DNA from: Promethearchaeia archaeon
GTDB taxonomy: Archaea; Asgardarchaeota; Lokiarchaeia; Sigyniarchaeales; SOKP01
Reading direction: 5' to 3'
NCBI GenBank assembly: GCA_029856125.1
Contig: JAHQWJ010000062.1
Span: 96,001-160,000 of the forward strand
Length of the DNA stretch: 64,000 nt
Below, in pieces: positions 10,636 to 19,392 of this stretch. Below the pieces are notes generated by a model. That model did not search any database. It saw only the letters and a program-made list of their open reading frames with translations, and was not told the DNA's origin. The position numbers were made by a program, and so were the translations under genes. Numbering within the stretch: position 1 is the stretch's first letter; every line of letters begins with the position of its first letter.

Positions 10636-11247
10636 ATGGGAAGAAGGAAACGTAAACAACAATCATATAAAAGAGTTAAGCGAGTTCCAAAGATTTTCAC
10701 GTGCCCAAATAACTAAATGGATACCCCATTTAATATGGATTGCGGTGAAAAATCTGTCAAGGTTAAGAATATTCGGAAAAGCTTAATTGCCACAGTGAAG
10801 TGTGGTCATTGTGGCTTAACAAAGGATGTTTTAATTAATTCTATATCAGAACCGGTTGATGCCTTTGGAGATTTTATCGATATTCATTACGCTGATCAGG
10901 AACTTCAGAGACTAGAAAAACGCATAGAGAAACTTAAAAAGAAAAATGAATGGGGGGAATTAGTTCTAGTTTATTCTATTTTATCGGATATTTGCAAAGC
11001 TAAAGCTGCAGAGGCCTTAGAAGATGAAGATAATGTCAACCTTGATGTAGTTAATAAATGGAAAATTAGAGCGGAAGAATATAAAAGGTTAGGAAAGGAT
11101 GCATTACTTCAACTAGACTCTCTTGAGTTAGAGAAAGGAATTAAAACAGATGACGAGTCTTTGTTTACAGAGCACGACGAGAGTGACATGAAGAGGGAAA
11201 AAAAAATCGAAGATATTTTTGACGATCCAGGCTTTCTTGAATTCTAA
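10636..11247 (+). CDS. elf1: Transcription elongation factor Elf1 with C-terminal extension; two exons (10636..10710, 10741..11247)
   Basis: MGRRKRK..PKIFTCPN joined to CGEKSV..ATVKCGHCGL..EPVDAFGDFID matches Elf1; interrupted by an in-frame 30-nt insert containing TAA. Confidence 0.85.
10711..10740 (+). other. Putative BHB-type intron in elf1 mRNA (30 nt)
   Basis: AACTAAATGGATACCCCATTTAATATGGAT; internal stem TAAATGG/CCATTTA, bulges ATA and ATT, exon-exon helix; removal restores CPNCG. Confidence 0.75.
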
Positions 11248-11277
11248 TCTCGTTAAAATCGACTCCCACCTGAACAA

Positions 11278-13002
11278 TTAAAATTCTGAGCTCAGTATTA
11301 CCTTTTTAATAGTTTTAGGAATATTTTTCCATATAGGGAGTTTCACTATCAATTTGAAAAACTGTTTCTGATTTAATTTTCGGTTTATTATTAGATAGCT
11401 CCAGTTATTAAACGCTAATTTATTAAAAAGATTCATTAGATTTATTCCGAGGGGGTTAAACCTTGAAGTTAATAGACTAGCAAAATATCCCCCCAACCGT
11501 TTTGTTTGAGGAACTGATTCGGGATAAACTGACTCTGAAAGAACTCTATTAAAAATTTCATAAATTGAAAAAATTGGAATAAGGTTGTTGATGTATTCGT
11601 TTACAACTTTTCTATAACTATAATCATTCAACGATAAAGTAGAAAGATCGTTTAATTTTTTTAAAGCATAATTGAAATGTTTCTCCTTAAAATAAAGCCA
11701 CATAGTCCCCATATTATCTCTAAGTTTAACCAGTTCATTGATGACTTCCATTTCTTTGAAAGAAAACGAGTTTATTTCTTCAAATTTCTTTATATAGAGT
11801 AAAAAAATTGAATCTATCGATATTTTGCTAAAATCAGTCTTAATACCATTTCGTTTCTGTTTTTGAAGATTTAATTCATCGTCGATAGTTTTATGAATAG
11901 TATGGGTATAAAGGGGAGTTGTCCATAGCATCTTCGTAATTATTTCCATAAGTCGAATATGAAGGGAACATTCTTGAATTTTAGAAAATTTTTGAGATAT
12001 TTTCAAACTTGGAACTGAAAATGATTTTGATTGATCAATCCTAAATTTAATTCTATCGGTTCTCTTTAAATTACCAATAAACTCTTTTTTTTGCTGTTTA
12101 AAGTGGATGATCTTTCTTTTTATCAACTTTTCTGTTGCTATTAAATTATTTAAATAGTCGTAAAAATTCACGTTGTATTTACGAACTATAGTTTCATGCG
12201 TAATTAATGGTACGCTAATTATTTTCTTTGATTTTTCGCTTTCAACAGACATAGCGTGATCTCCAACAGAATAAGAAAATGTTACGTTATCAAGTGCATT
12301 TTCTAAACTTGGAAACACACCAAGTGTTTTTGGGTCTTGCGTGTAATAACCGTGTAAAAGGGTGTCAATTCCTTTATAAAGGTTGTTTTTATACTCTGAT
12401 ATTATTACAGATTCAAATTCTCCAGGGTGATGCCTTTTAATTCTATATTTTTTCCCTACAAGAAAAATCGCTTGGTTTGCTCTGTGACAGATAGTATGGC
12501 TCCATTTAAACAAAGGTTCTAATAATTTACCTATAGTTAATATATACCCATAGAATTCTGGACCAAAATATATGGGGAATCCGAATCCTCTAGAAGTTGA
12601 ATACATGAATTGAAAAACATTCCTCGTTTTTTCTCCTTTTAAAAATCCAGGAAATTTGTAATGGATCGCTATTCTAGGAAAGAGCGCTCCAAAACCTAAA
12701 TTCATCCACGCCTCAAATAGGATTATGCTATCAGGAAATCTAAAAGAATCTTTATTGGTGTTTAAATCGCCGCTTGACGAATTTCTAGCGATCGGAACGG
12801 TATGAAGCCAATCTCCGTCACTTTCTATATTTTTTAACTCATCGTTAAATCTTTTTAATGTAAGAGGTTTTAGTTTCTTTTCTATCTTTGCTTTTTGATA
12901 ATAATAATTATTTAAAACCCTAACGAGGGATGTAATTTCTAGGATTTGTCTTTGTAGATCGTGAGCGACCTTTACTCTTTTTACTTTTGATCCATTAACG
13001 AT
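11278..13002 (-). CDS. Hypothetical protein (about 574 aa if started at ATC 13002)
   Basis: Track ORF starts at 12705, but the frame stays open to TGA at 13027-13029; GGTG SD-like motif 8 nt before ATC at 13002. Confidence 0.6.
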   Translation of the reverse strand: MVNGSKVKRVKVAHDLQRQILEITSLVRVLNNYYYQKAKIEKKLKPLTLKRFNDELKNIESDGDWLHTVPIARNSSSGDLNTNKDSFRFPDSIILFEAWMNLGFGALFPRIAIHYKFPGFLKGEKTRNVFQFMYSTSRGFGFPIYFGPEFYGYILTIGKLLEPLFKWSHTICHRANQAIFLVGKKYRIKRHHPGEFESVIISEYKNNLYKGIDTLLHGYYTQDPKTLGVFPSLENALDNVTFSYSVGDHAMSVESEKSKKIISVPLITHETIVRKYNVNFYDYLNNLIATEKLIKRKIIHFKQQKKEFIGNLKRTDRIKFRIDQSKSFSVPSLKISQKFSKIQECSLHIRLMEIITKMLWTTPLYTHTIHKTIDDELNLQKQKRNGIKTDFSKISIDSIFLLYIKKFEEINSFSFKEMEVINELVKLRDNMGTMWLYFKEKHFNYALKKLNDLSTLSLNDYSYRKVVNEYINNLIPIFSIYEIFNRVLSESVYPESVPQTKRLGGYFASLLTSRFNPLGINLMNLFNKLAFNNWSYLIINRKLNQKQFFKLIVKLPIWKNIPKTIKKVILSSEF

Positions 13003-13232
13003 AATTATTACACCAAAGAAATCAAATCAAAATAGAATGCTTCTTATAGTATTATATTTTTTTTTTAGTTTTAATTTTAATTGATTTTAAAAACTCTTAG
13101 GTTAATACTTAAAAGTAAACGACTGAAACTGAATCGTCTTCAAGTTAAAACACATTTAAATGATGCAGAGAACATTTCTTCAATCGCGAAGGTTTGAGTG
13201 AATTTATTTTAGAAAAATAATTTCTAAATTAA

Positions 13233-13676
13233 CTATCCCGATTGATTTCTCTTAGAAAAAAGCTGCTTTAATTCACCCATTATCGCACCTCTTAAGCTCA
13301 CAGGGCTAGCTGGACGCGCAGCTCCTGGGCCTCCGGGTGGTGGACCTCCGGGTGGACCTCCGGGTGGTGGTGGTGGACCTCCGGGTGGACCTCCAGAAGG
13401 TGGTGGTGCGCTGCTTGGAGAAGAAGGTGAAGCGATTACTGGGGATGCCCCACCGCCTTTGGTCCGTAGTGATGATACTTCATTGTTAAACGTATTAAAT
13501 CGTGATTCCAATGTGGATATTTTTTGATTTACAGAAGCTAAAGACTGATCTACTAAATCGGGTATTTTTAGAATTACAGACATCATTCTTTCAACAATGT
13601 CTCCAAATGCGTTTAGTTTTTCTTCTAATGGAGCCTTTTTTGTTTCTTGCATGAAATTTGCGAATTCTTCTGCCAT
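13233..13676 (-). CDS. Coiled-coil, polyproline and C-terminal amphipathic (WH2-like) helix protein
   Basis: Heptads, then (GGPP)n/PPPPP tract, then LRGAIMGELKQLF. Confidence 0.75.
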   Translation of the reverse strand: MAEEFANFMQETKKAPLEEKLNAFGDIVERMMSVILKIPDLVDQSLASVNQKISTLESRFNTFNNEVSSLRTKGGGASPVIASPSSPSSAPPPSGGPPGGPPPPPGGPPGGPPPGGPGAARPASPVSLRGAIMGELKQLFSKRNQSG

Positions 13677-13806
13677 TTTATTCTCTCTAATTTAATAATA
13701 GCTATTTATCCAAGTATTTTTCTAATAATTATATATTTGAACTATTTAATAAAGTTAAGTTCATAGTTGATATTGAATTCAAAAATAAAATAAAAAAAGT
13801 TTAAAG

Positions 13807-14439
13807 TTAGCTTGCTTTGTCAACGCTATTTTTCAAATTAACCCAGAGATCATCTACTTCGTTCTTAACTTGCAAAAATTGGTCTATTTTTTTTAATAAA
13901 ATATCTCGAGCACGATCAAAATCTCTTTGTGAATCATTTAATCCAGACTCTAAGAGTTTCATTTTTTCTCCTTCGATTAAATCGTTTTTTTTTTTCTCAA
14001 CAGATAATGCTTTTTTGATGACTATGCTTCTTTTATTTGCTACTTCGCTTAAAGCCGAAGCAAATTCGTATTTTTTTTCGACTAAGTACTCCTTTTTTAC
14101 TGCGATATCTTTAATCGAATCAATATATTTGTTATTTACTTCTATATATTCATCGTTTTTGTGGATAATATCTTGGAATAATTTCACTTCTTCGTCTTTA
14201 ATATTTGATCTCTTCTCTCGTACTAGAGTCTGCATGTGTTTCAATACGTCTCTAAATGTTCTATTTACCATTTCTCGAGTTAATGTTGCTTTTTTTAAAT
14301 TTTCGGCGTATTTTTTTTGAGAATCAATTAATGTACTCTGGGCTTTTGCTAGTTTCCTTATTTGGGTCATTAATTCTTTTTCTAAACTTGATAATGTAAG
14401 TTCATCTTCATGCGTTATAATTGGACTCATTACAATCAA
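13807..14439 (-). CDS. All-helical protein, possible BAR-domain fold
   Basis: About 207 aa of long helices; LESGLNDSQRDFDRARDILLKKIDQF resembles the third helix of SNX/FAM92-type BAR domains; ATG at 14430 likely. Confidence 0.5.
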   Translation of the reverse strand: MIVMSPIITHEDELTLSSLEKELMTQIRKLAKAQSTLIDSQKKYAENLKKATLTREMVNRTFRDVLKHMQTLVREKRSNIKDEEVKLFQDIIHKNDEYIEVNNKYIDSIKDIAVKKEYLVEKKYEFASALSEVANKRSIVIKKALSVEKKKNDLIEGEKMKLLESGLNDSQRDFDRARDILLKKIDQFLQVKNEVDDLWVNLKNSVDKAS

Positions 14440-14522
14440 ACCGTAAAAATATTGATTAATGTTAAATTGCGATACTATTCTAATATAAATTCGTAATTAT
14501 AATTTTTAGTTTTTTTTTTAAG

Positions 14523-15563
14523 TTACATTTTATGAGGAAATAAGGCAGTAAGTATATTATCTTTATAATTTGCTTTTATTACCTTAGCTTCAATAACTTT
14601 TCCAATTAGATTATCCGAAAAAACTATTGGTTTTTTCAATAATACCTTTATTCCAAGCGAATCATTGATTTTACCGATACACTCGTTTTCCCACCTTCCC
14701 CTCGATACTATTTTTACTTTAATTAAGTCGTCTTTCTGAAGATTCAAGGTTGATATGCGTTTTCTTTTATGAATTCCAAAATCGTTAGGTCCAAGTTTTA
14801 ATTTAATCTTGAATTTTTTTTCCAACCGGGACAAATATAAATAAAAATAATCCCAAGATTTTGGTTGTATTTTTTTTAGGGCTCTACCAGTCTTGTAAAT
14901 TAAATATTTCTGGATACCTATTTGTAATTGACTCTTTGAATATCCCTCATTCCTTACGTTAAGAACAAATTCTATAATTTCTTCAATATCCTTGTCGTTT
15001 TCTCCGGGAAACCATACTGGTGCGATTAATACTTGTATGTTGGAATCCATCAGCGTATAAATATTACTAATAAGCTTGTCGACATCATATTGAGTACAAT
15101 TGCATAGATAACAATCCGTCTCCTCTTTTAGACTATTTAAGCTTATATTAATTCGAGTGAGTTTAGATTTTTTTAATTTTTTAATAACTGGTTTCGAAAG
15201 TAACAAACCATTAGATTGCATTGATCTAATTGAGATTCCTTTGATCTCTGAGAGTCTTTTTAAAAGATTTTCAAGTTCTTTGTAAAGTAATATCTCTCCA
15301 TAAGGAGAAAGATGAAGTTCGAGATCATAGTCACCTTTTATTCTGACAATATCTAAAACTTTTTCAATTAAGTAGTTTGAATCTACGATAAAGTTAGTGT
15401 TGTAATTACCAGAACTTACAAAACAGTACTTGCATTTGAGATTGCAAAGAGTAATTGGTTTAAGTTCGATTACATTTGTCCCTCTATCAATGATCCCTAA
15501 AAAATCTACTCCCATTAGAGGGATTTTTGAGGGTTTATTAACATATTGCATTTTATCGTTCAT
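14523..15563 (-). CDS. Radical SAM protein with C-terminal TRAM-like domain
   Basis: CNLKCKYC, DRGTNVIE, SMQSNG, C-terminal beta-barrel pattern. Confidence 0.85.
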   Translation of the reverse strand: MNDKMQYVNKPSKIPLMGVDFLGIIDRGTNVIELKPITLCNLKCKYCFVSSGNYNTNFIVDSNYLIEKVLDIVRIKGDYDLELHLSPYGEILLYKELENLLKRLSEIKGISIRSMQSNGLLLSKPVIKKLKKSKLTRINISLNSLKEETDCYLCNCTQYDVDKLISNIYTLMDSNIQVLIAPVWFPGENDKDIEEIIEFVLNVRNEGYSKSQLQIGIQKYLIYKTGRALKKIQPKSWDYFYLYLSRLEKKFKIKLKLGPNDFGIHKRKRISTLNLQKDDLIKVKIVSRGRWENECIGKINDSLGIKVLLKKPIVFSDNLIGKVIEAKVIKANYKDNILTALFPHKM

Positions 15564-15593
15564 GGTAGAATAAATAGTAAGCTTTTATAGTTC

Positions 15594-16667
15594 TTAAATT
15601 TTAAATCTTAAAATAGCAACAATAGATCCCAAATCAATTATTTGTTTCCCTGTTGGGTGTTCGCTGCTTAAAATATGAATTTCTCCACCCAGAGATTCTA
15701 CACCGTTTAATAATTGTTCTATTCTTAATTTCTGTTTTTTTGATGCACCCCTTATAAGAATATCTGCACAAAAAAGCTCTTTTACTGCTCTTTTTTCAAT
15801 AGCATTCGAGATTTCATCGAACCCAATTGCAATTAAATCTGAATTGGTGCTAAATAACTGAAAAATTTCCTCAATTTTCTCAGTTTCAAGGAAAATTTTA
15901 ACGTTTTTCTGTAGGAGTTTGAGTTCTTTTGATTTAAGAATTTCTAGGATAGCACTTTCAGTTCCGGAGCCAGCTTGAATGCTCACGATTTTCGGTAACT
16001 TCGTTATTTGGGCTTTTTCTTTAATAAATTGTTTTAAGTGATCCTTTGTACTCCCTGGACCACATAATATTATGATTTTTAAGTCTACGCGTTCTGTTTT
16101 TTCTTTAATTATACTGCTAATATCACTATAAAATTCTTCGTACGCTTTATTTCGATGTGATTGTTCGTATCTTTTGCCCGGGATATTTTTTTTTACCGTA
16201 GCTATTCTATTATGACTGTAATTTGTAATGAGAGCGATTGTTGCCAACCCAGATTCGATCGCTACTATTAGCATGACAAAATCAGTTTGAAATCGGGGTG
16301 ATTTCCCGAGGCGCTTAATCTCGCTTTTTAACCACTTAGGTTTTTCAATTGTTAATTTTTGTCCTGGTTCTATATTAAATGTATGATATGTCCCATACGA
16401 AACAAAATCTTCTGGGCCTTCTAAGATGGTTCCTTTCACTCTTAGTCGGTTTGAAAACTCGTGGAATGCGATAGAATCGACGTTAAGTTTCAATTTCATC
16501 TGTTTTCTTTCTCCTTTAGAACCTTCTTTTAAAACGATTCTACGGTTTGTTCGTGAAGTAACATGGTCGTTTTTGGCAATGGTATTATAAAGCGTCCATA
16601 GATCGTTTAAATCTTCGATTCTTAATGAAATGGTTTCCTCCTTCTTATCAATATCCAGAATTTTCAT
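15594..16667 (-). CDS. pelA: mRNA surveillance protein Pelota
   Basis: DLWTLYN, LRVKGTI, YHTFNI, IPGKRY, GPG, SSEHPTGKQI..LGSIVAILRF; ATG start MKILD. Confidence 0.93.
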   Translation of the reverse strand: MKILDIDKKEETISLRIEDLNDLWTLYNTIAKNDHVTSRTNRRIVLKEGSKGERKQMKLKLNVDSIAFHEFSNRLRVKGTILEGPEDFVSYGTYHTFNIEPGQKLTIEKPKWLKSEIKRLGKSPRFQTDFVMLIVAIESGLATIALITNYSHNRIATVKKNIPGKRYEQSHRNKAYEEFYSDISSIIKEKTERVDLKIIILCGPGSTKDHLKQFIKEKAQITKLPKIVSIQAGSGTESAILEILKSKELKLLQKNVKIFLETEKIEEIFQLFSTNSDLIAIGFDEISNAIEKRAVKELFCADILIRGASKKQKLRIEQLLNGVESLGGEIHILSSEHPTGKQIIDLGSIVAILRFKI

Positions 16668-16813
16668 TGGGCACTTCAAACTCAAAATTCCTAAATTTTT
16701 ATAATTAATCCTAACAATTAAGTTTAACACACTTAAATTGCATCTTGCTTGGGGAATTGTGAGTTAACTAAGAATAAAGAAAAAAAATATAAAAATACAA
16801 AAACACCTAAAAT

Positions 16814-16966
16814 TTAATCTGTTGCTCCTAAGGCTTGTTTAACTTTTTCTAATTCTTCCATTCGTTTCTTTTTCTCTTCTTCGCGTTTTTTCATGTCTTC
16901 CTCGTCAACCTTTTGGAGAGCAACACCTTTTTTAATTTCGTCTTTCAATTCGTTTCCTAACGACAT
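16814..16966 (-). CDS. Small 50-aa WH2-like protein (below the ORF track cutoff)
   Basis: MSLGNELKDEIKKGVALQKVDEEDMKKREEEKKKRMEELEKVKQALGATD; ATG..TAA; L..EIKKGV.LQKV motif. Confidence 0.7.
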   Translation of the reverse strand: MSLGNELKDEIKKGVALQKVDEEDMKKREEEKKKRMEELEKVKQALGATD

Positions 16967-17075
16967 AATAACTCAAACCTTTTAGTTTAGTTTCCTTTTA
17001 TGAGCACATTATCAATGCGTTCTATACACAATTTATGATAGAATTTATTTATAAGTCTTGGTTTTTAGAAAATGA

Positions 17076-17522
17076 TCAAATGTTCAATATCATTAAGTAA
17101 GCGCTTTGTTTGTCCCGATAATAATTTTCTATTCTTTGTGCGATTCGAAAATTAAATTTTTGATACAAGCTTATAGCAGCTTTATTTTTAGAGTTCACAT
17201 TCAATACAATTGTTTTTATCTCATCCGATGTTTTTACTTTATTCAGGGTGTATCTTAAGAGAAAACTCCCATAACCTCTTTTTCTTTCCCCTTTTCTGAT
17301 TAAAAAGTTAATCAAGTTTACTCTCTTATCTCGATCTTGAATAATAATGATGAACCCTATAATATTATTCGATAATTCGTCATCGATGAGCTTAAAAAAA
17401 TATGTGTTCTTCATTATCAAATTAAGAATTAATTCTTTAGAAAATGAGTCCTTCTTAAAAGATTTTCTTTCTAAATTGTATATTTCATCTAAATCCTTAA
17501 GAGTGACTGTATCAATAATCAT
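17076..17522 (-). CDS. rimI: GNAT N-acetyltransferase (RimI/Ard1-like)
   Basis: RKRGYGSFLL, LNV...NKAAISLYQKFNF, NYY.D..AYLM. Confidence 0.8.
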   Translation of the reverse strand: MIIDTVTLKDLDEIYNLERKSFKKDSFSKELILNLIMKNTYFFKLIDDELSNNIIGFIIIIQDRDKRVNLINFLIRKGERKRGYGSFLLRYTLNKVKTSDEIKTIVLNVNSKNKAAISLYQKFNFRIAQRIENYYRDKQSAYLMILNI

Positions 17523-18663
17523 TTAGTCCCATCTCTTCTTTGAATAACATGATAGGTGTTTTTTCCGTTATTTGTTGATATTTATCTTCTCGAAACGGTG
17601 TCATTTCTATTACAAATCCTTGTAATTTATGCTGAATTAGTAAATCCATAAAAATTTCTTCCATCGCAAACTTTATGGGTAATTTAATAGTAGTAGCTTC
17701 GCAAGAAAAGAAGTTTTGAGGGATTTTTAGTTTATTTAATAAAAGATTACAAAACTCATCAATTTTCTTCTCCTCGCCTTCAATTAGAGCGTATAATAGC
17801 AACCCCTCTCTCGTGATTTCTTCGTATTGTAATTTAATAGTTTTTGCGCGTCTTAAGTACCTTTCTCTCAATTGCCAATAATCCTTAGCTATAATCGTGC
17901 AAAAATGAATTTTTATTGGAACTTTTGGAACGATATCACGCATGAGCTTCATTGCACATTCTTTACTATTCTTTACAGATGCTATTGTACCTGCTTCCAA
18001 CTTAAAATTTCGGTCTTTAAGGTTTTGACTATTTGGTAAACTATACTCAAATTCATTCAAATTGATAAAATCTGCGCCTATTTTGTTCAAATAAAAAATG
18101 AATTTTTTCAAATTATCTATATATTCCTCTTCTGGAATCACAGGTACTTCAGCACCTACAGACATACCCTTGTTTAATGCGTATTTAATCACGTTCCAAT
18201 TTTCTTTTGATGGGTTGAATCTAATTTCGTCTAACCCTGCTCGAGCGAGCTTTGTCGCAATTTCTTTGCTAAAATTAAGACCGTTGGTATAAAGGTGGAT
18301 ATGAAACTTTTTTCCTTTAATTTCTTTGATGAATTTGATATATTCAAGCGTTTTTTTTAAGTTGGGTTCATATAATGGGTCTCCGCCCGTAATACTCATT
18401 CCTTTCGCATTAATAGCTTTAAGTTCGAGGAGTATTTGTTCTTTAGAAGATATTTGAATCTCATTTATATAGGTATCTTTCTTACCTTTTCGTTTTTCAG
18501 AAATCGGACAATACCACCAGCAATGTTTTGGATTCTGACAGATTCCATTAAGAAATAACACTGCTTTAGTACCCTTTAAACATTGTTGACATCCTTTAGG
18601 AATTCCTTCTTTTTTTACGTAAAATGTCTGTGCCTTAGATTCTAAAATTACTGGATTTCTCAT
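17512..18663 (-). CDS. Radical SAM protein (archaeal uncharacterised type)
   Basis: PKGCQQC, GICQNPKHCWWYCP, SITGGDP, HIHLYTNG, GLDEIRF. Confidence 0.85.
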   Translation of the reverse strand: MRNPVILESKAQTFYVKKEGIPKGCQQCLKGTKAVLFLNGICQNPKHCWWYCPISEKRKGKKDTYINEIQISSKEQILLELKAINAKGMSITGGDPLYEPNLKKTLEYIKFIKEIKGKKFHIHLYTNGLNFSKEIATKLARAGLDEIRFNPSKENWNVIKYALNKGMSVGAEVPVIPEEEYIDNLKKFIFYLNKIGADFINLNEFEYSLPNSQNLKDRNFKLEAGTIASVKNSKECAMKLMRDIVPKVPIKIHFCTIIAKDYWQLRERYLRRAKTIKLQYEEITREGLLLYALIEGEEKKIDEFCNLLLNKLKIPQNFFSCEATTIKLPIKFAMEEIFMDLLIQHKLQGFVIEMTPFREDKYQQITEKTPIMLFKEEMGLNDY

Positions 18664-19367
18664 CTTTGTAACAGTTTTTTTCTCACAATTGATTTTTCAT
18701 TGGCTAATTTTTTTAACACATCTTCGGTAGTCTCGTTCATTTCAATTGATCTCTTTAGAAATACGCCTGTTTTTCCAAATTTTTCTCTCTTTAAAAGAAC
18801 TCTTTTTCTTTCATTAATCAAATCAATACTAACATTCAACTGCTTTGCAGCTAAATTTTCATTTCCAATAATCGAATATTCTTCATGACCATAAGAAATT
18901 GGTTGAATTAAAACTAACCTTTTATCGATTCCAGGGACTCTAATACTATTTTTTACTTGGTTTAGATTAATTTTTCCTCCAAAATCGTAAAATTCGCTTG
19001 ATTTTTTATTGAACTTAGATATTGGAATTGTTATGCTCTCTAACTCATCTAAGTAAATGTAGAGTTTCAATGTGTCAGCGGGAGTTGCCATAATGATTTC
19101 TCGGAAGTAATTATTAAAACCGTTCTTGTCGAGTATTATTTCTATTTGATATGGAGCGATTGATTGGGTTAAAACCATGTCGATATCGCTATCGTTATGG
19201 ATGTCGCCTCGGGCAATACTACCATATACATATAGATTCAAACCTTCTTTAGCGAACATCTCCAACAGCGTTTTAGTTCGTTCTCTTTTTTGTTGTAATA
19301 GTTGTAAATGGTTTTCAGAGTATGTAACCTTATTAAAATGATCTCTTAGAATTTTATGTCCTTTCAT
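18660..19367 (-). CDS. Predicted nucleotidyltransferase
   Basis: YGSIARGD...SDID, EFYDFGG, RVPGIDKRL, GKTGVF. Confidence 0.85.
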   Translation of the reverse strand: MKGHKILRDHFNKVTYSENHLQLLQQKRERTKTLLEMFAKEGLNLYVYGSIARGDIHNDSDIDMVLTQSIAPYQIEIILDKNGFNNYFREIIMATPADTLKLYIYLDELESITIPISKFNKKSSEFYDFGGKINLNQVKNSIRVPGIDKRLVLIQPISYGHEEYSIIGNENLAAKQLNVSIDLINERKRVLLKREKFGKTGVFLKRSIEMNETTEDVLKKLANEKSIVRKKLLQR

Positions 19368-19392
19368 TAGAATTTAATCGCTTCTATCTTTT

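Noticed and set aside
10717-11247. Track ORF starting at ATG 10717 as the complete gene, or elf1 as a pseudogene
   Set aside because: This start omits the conserved Elf1 N-terminus and first Cys. Both flanks are intact and the insert fits BHB geometry, so an intron is the better explanation.
13100-13210. Possible C/D box sRNA in the intergenic region
   Set aside because: The C box is imperfect and there is no properly placed D box.
13330-13410. GC-rich GGTGGACCTCCG repeats as a CRISPR or DNA repeat element
   Set aside because: They simply encode the GGPP polyproline tract.
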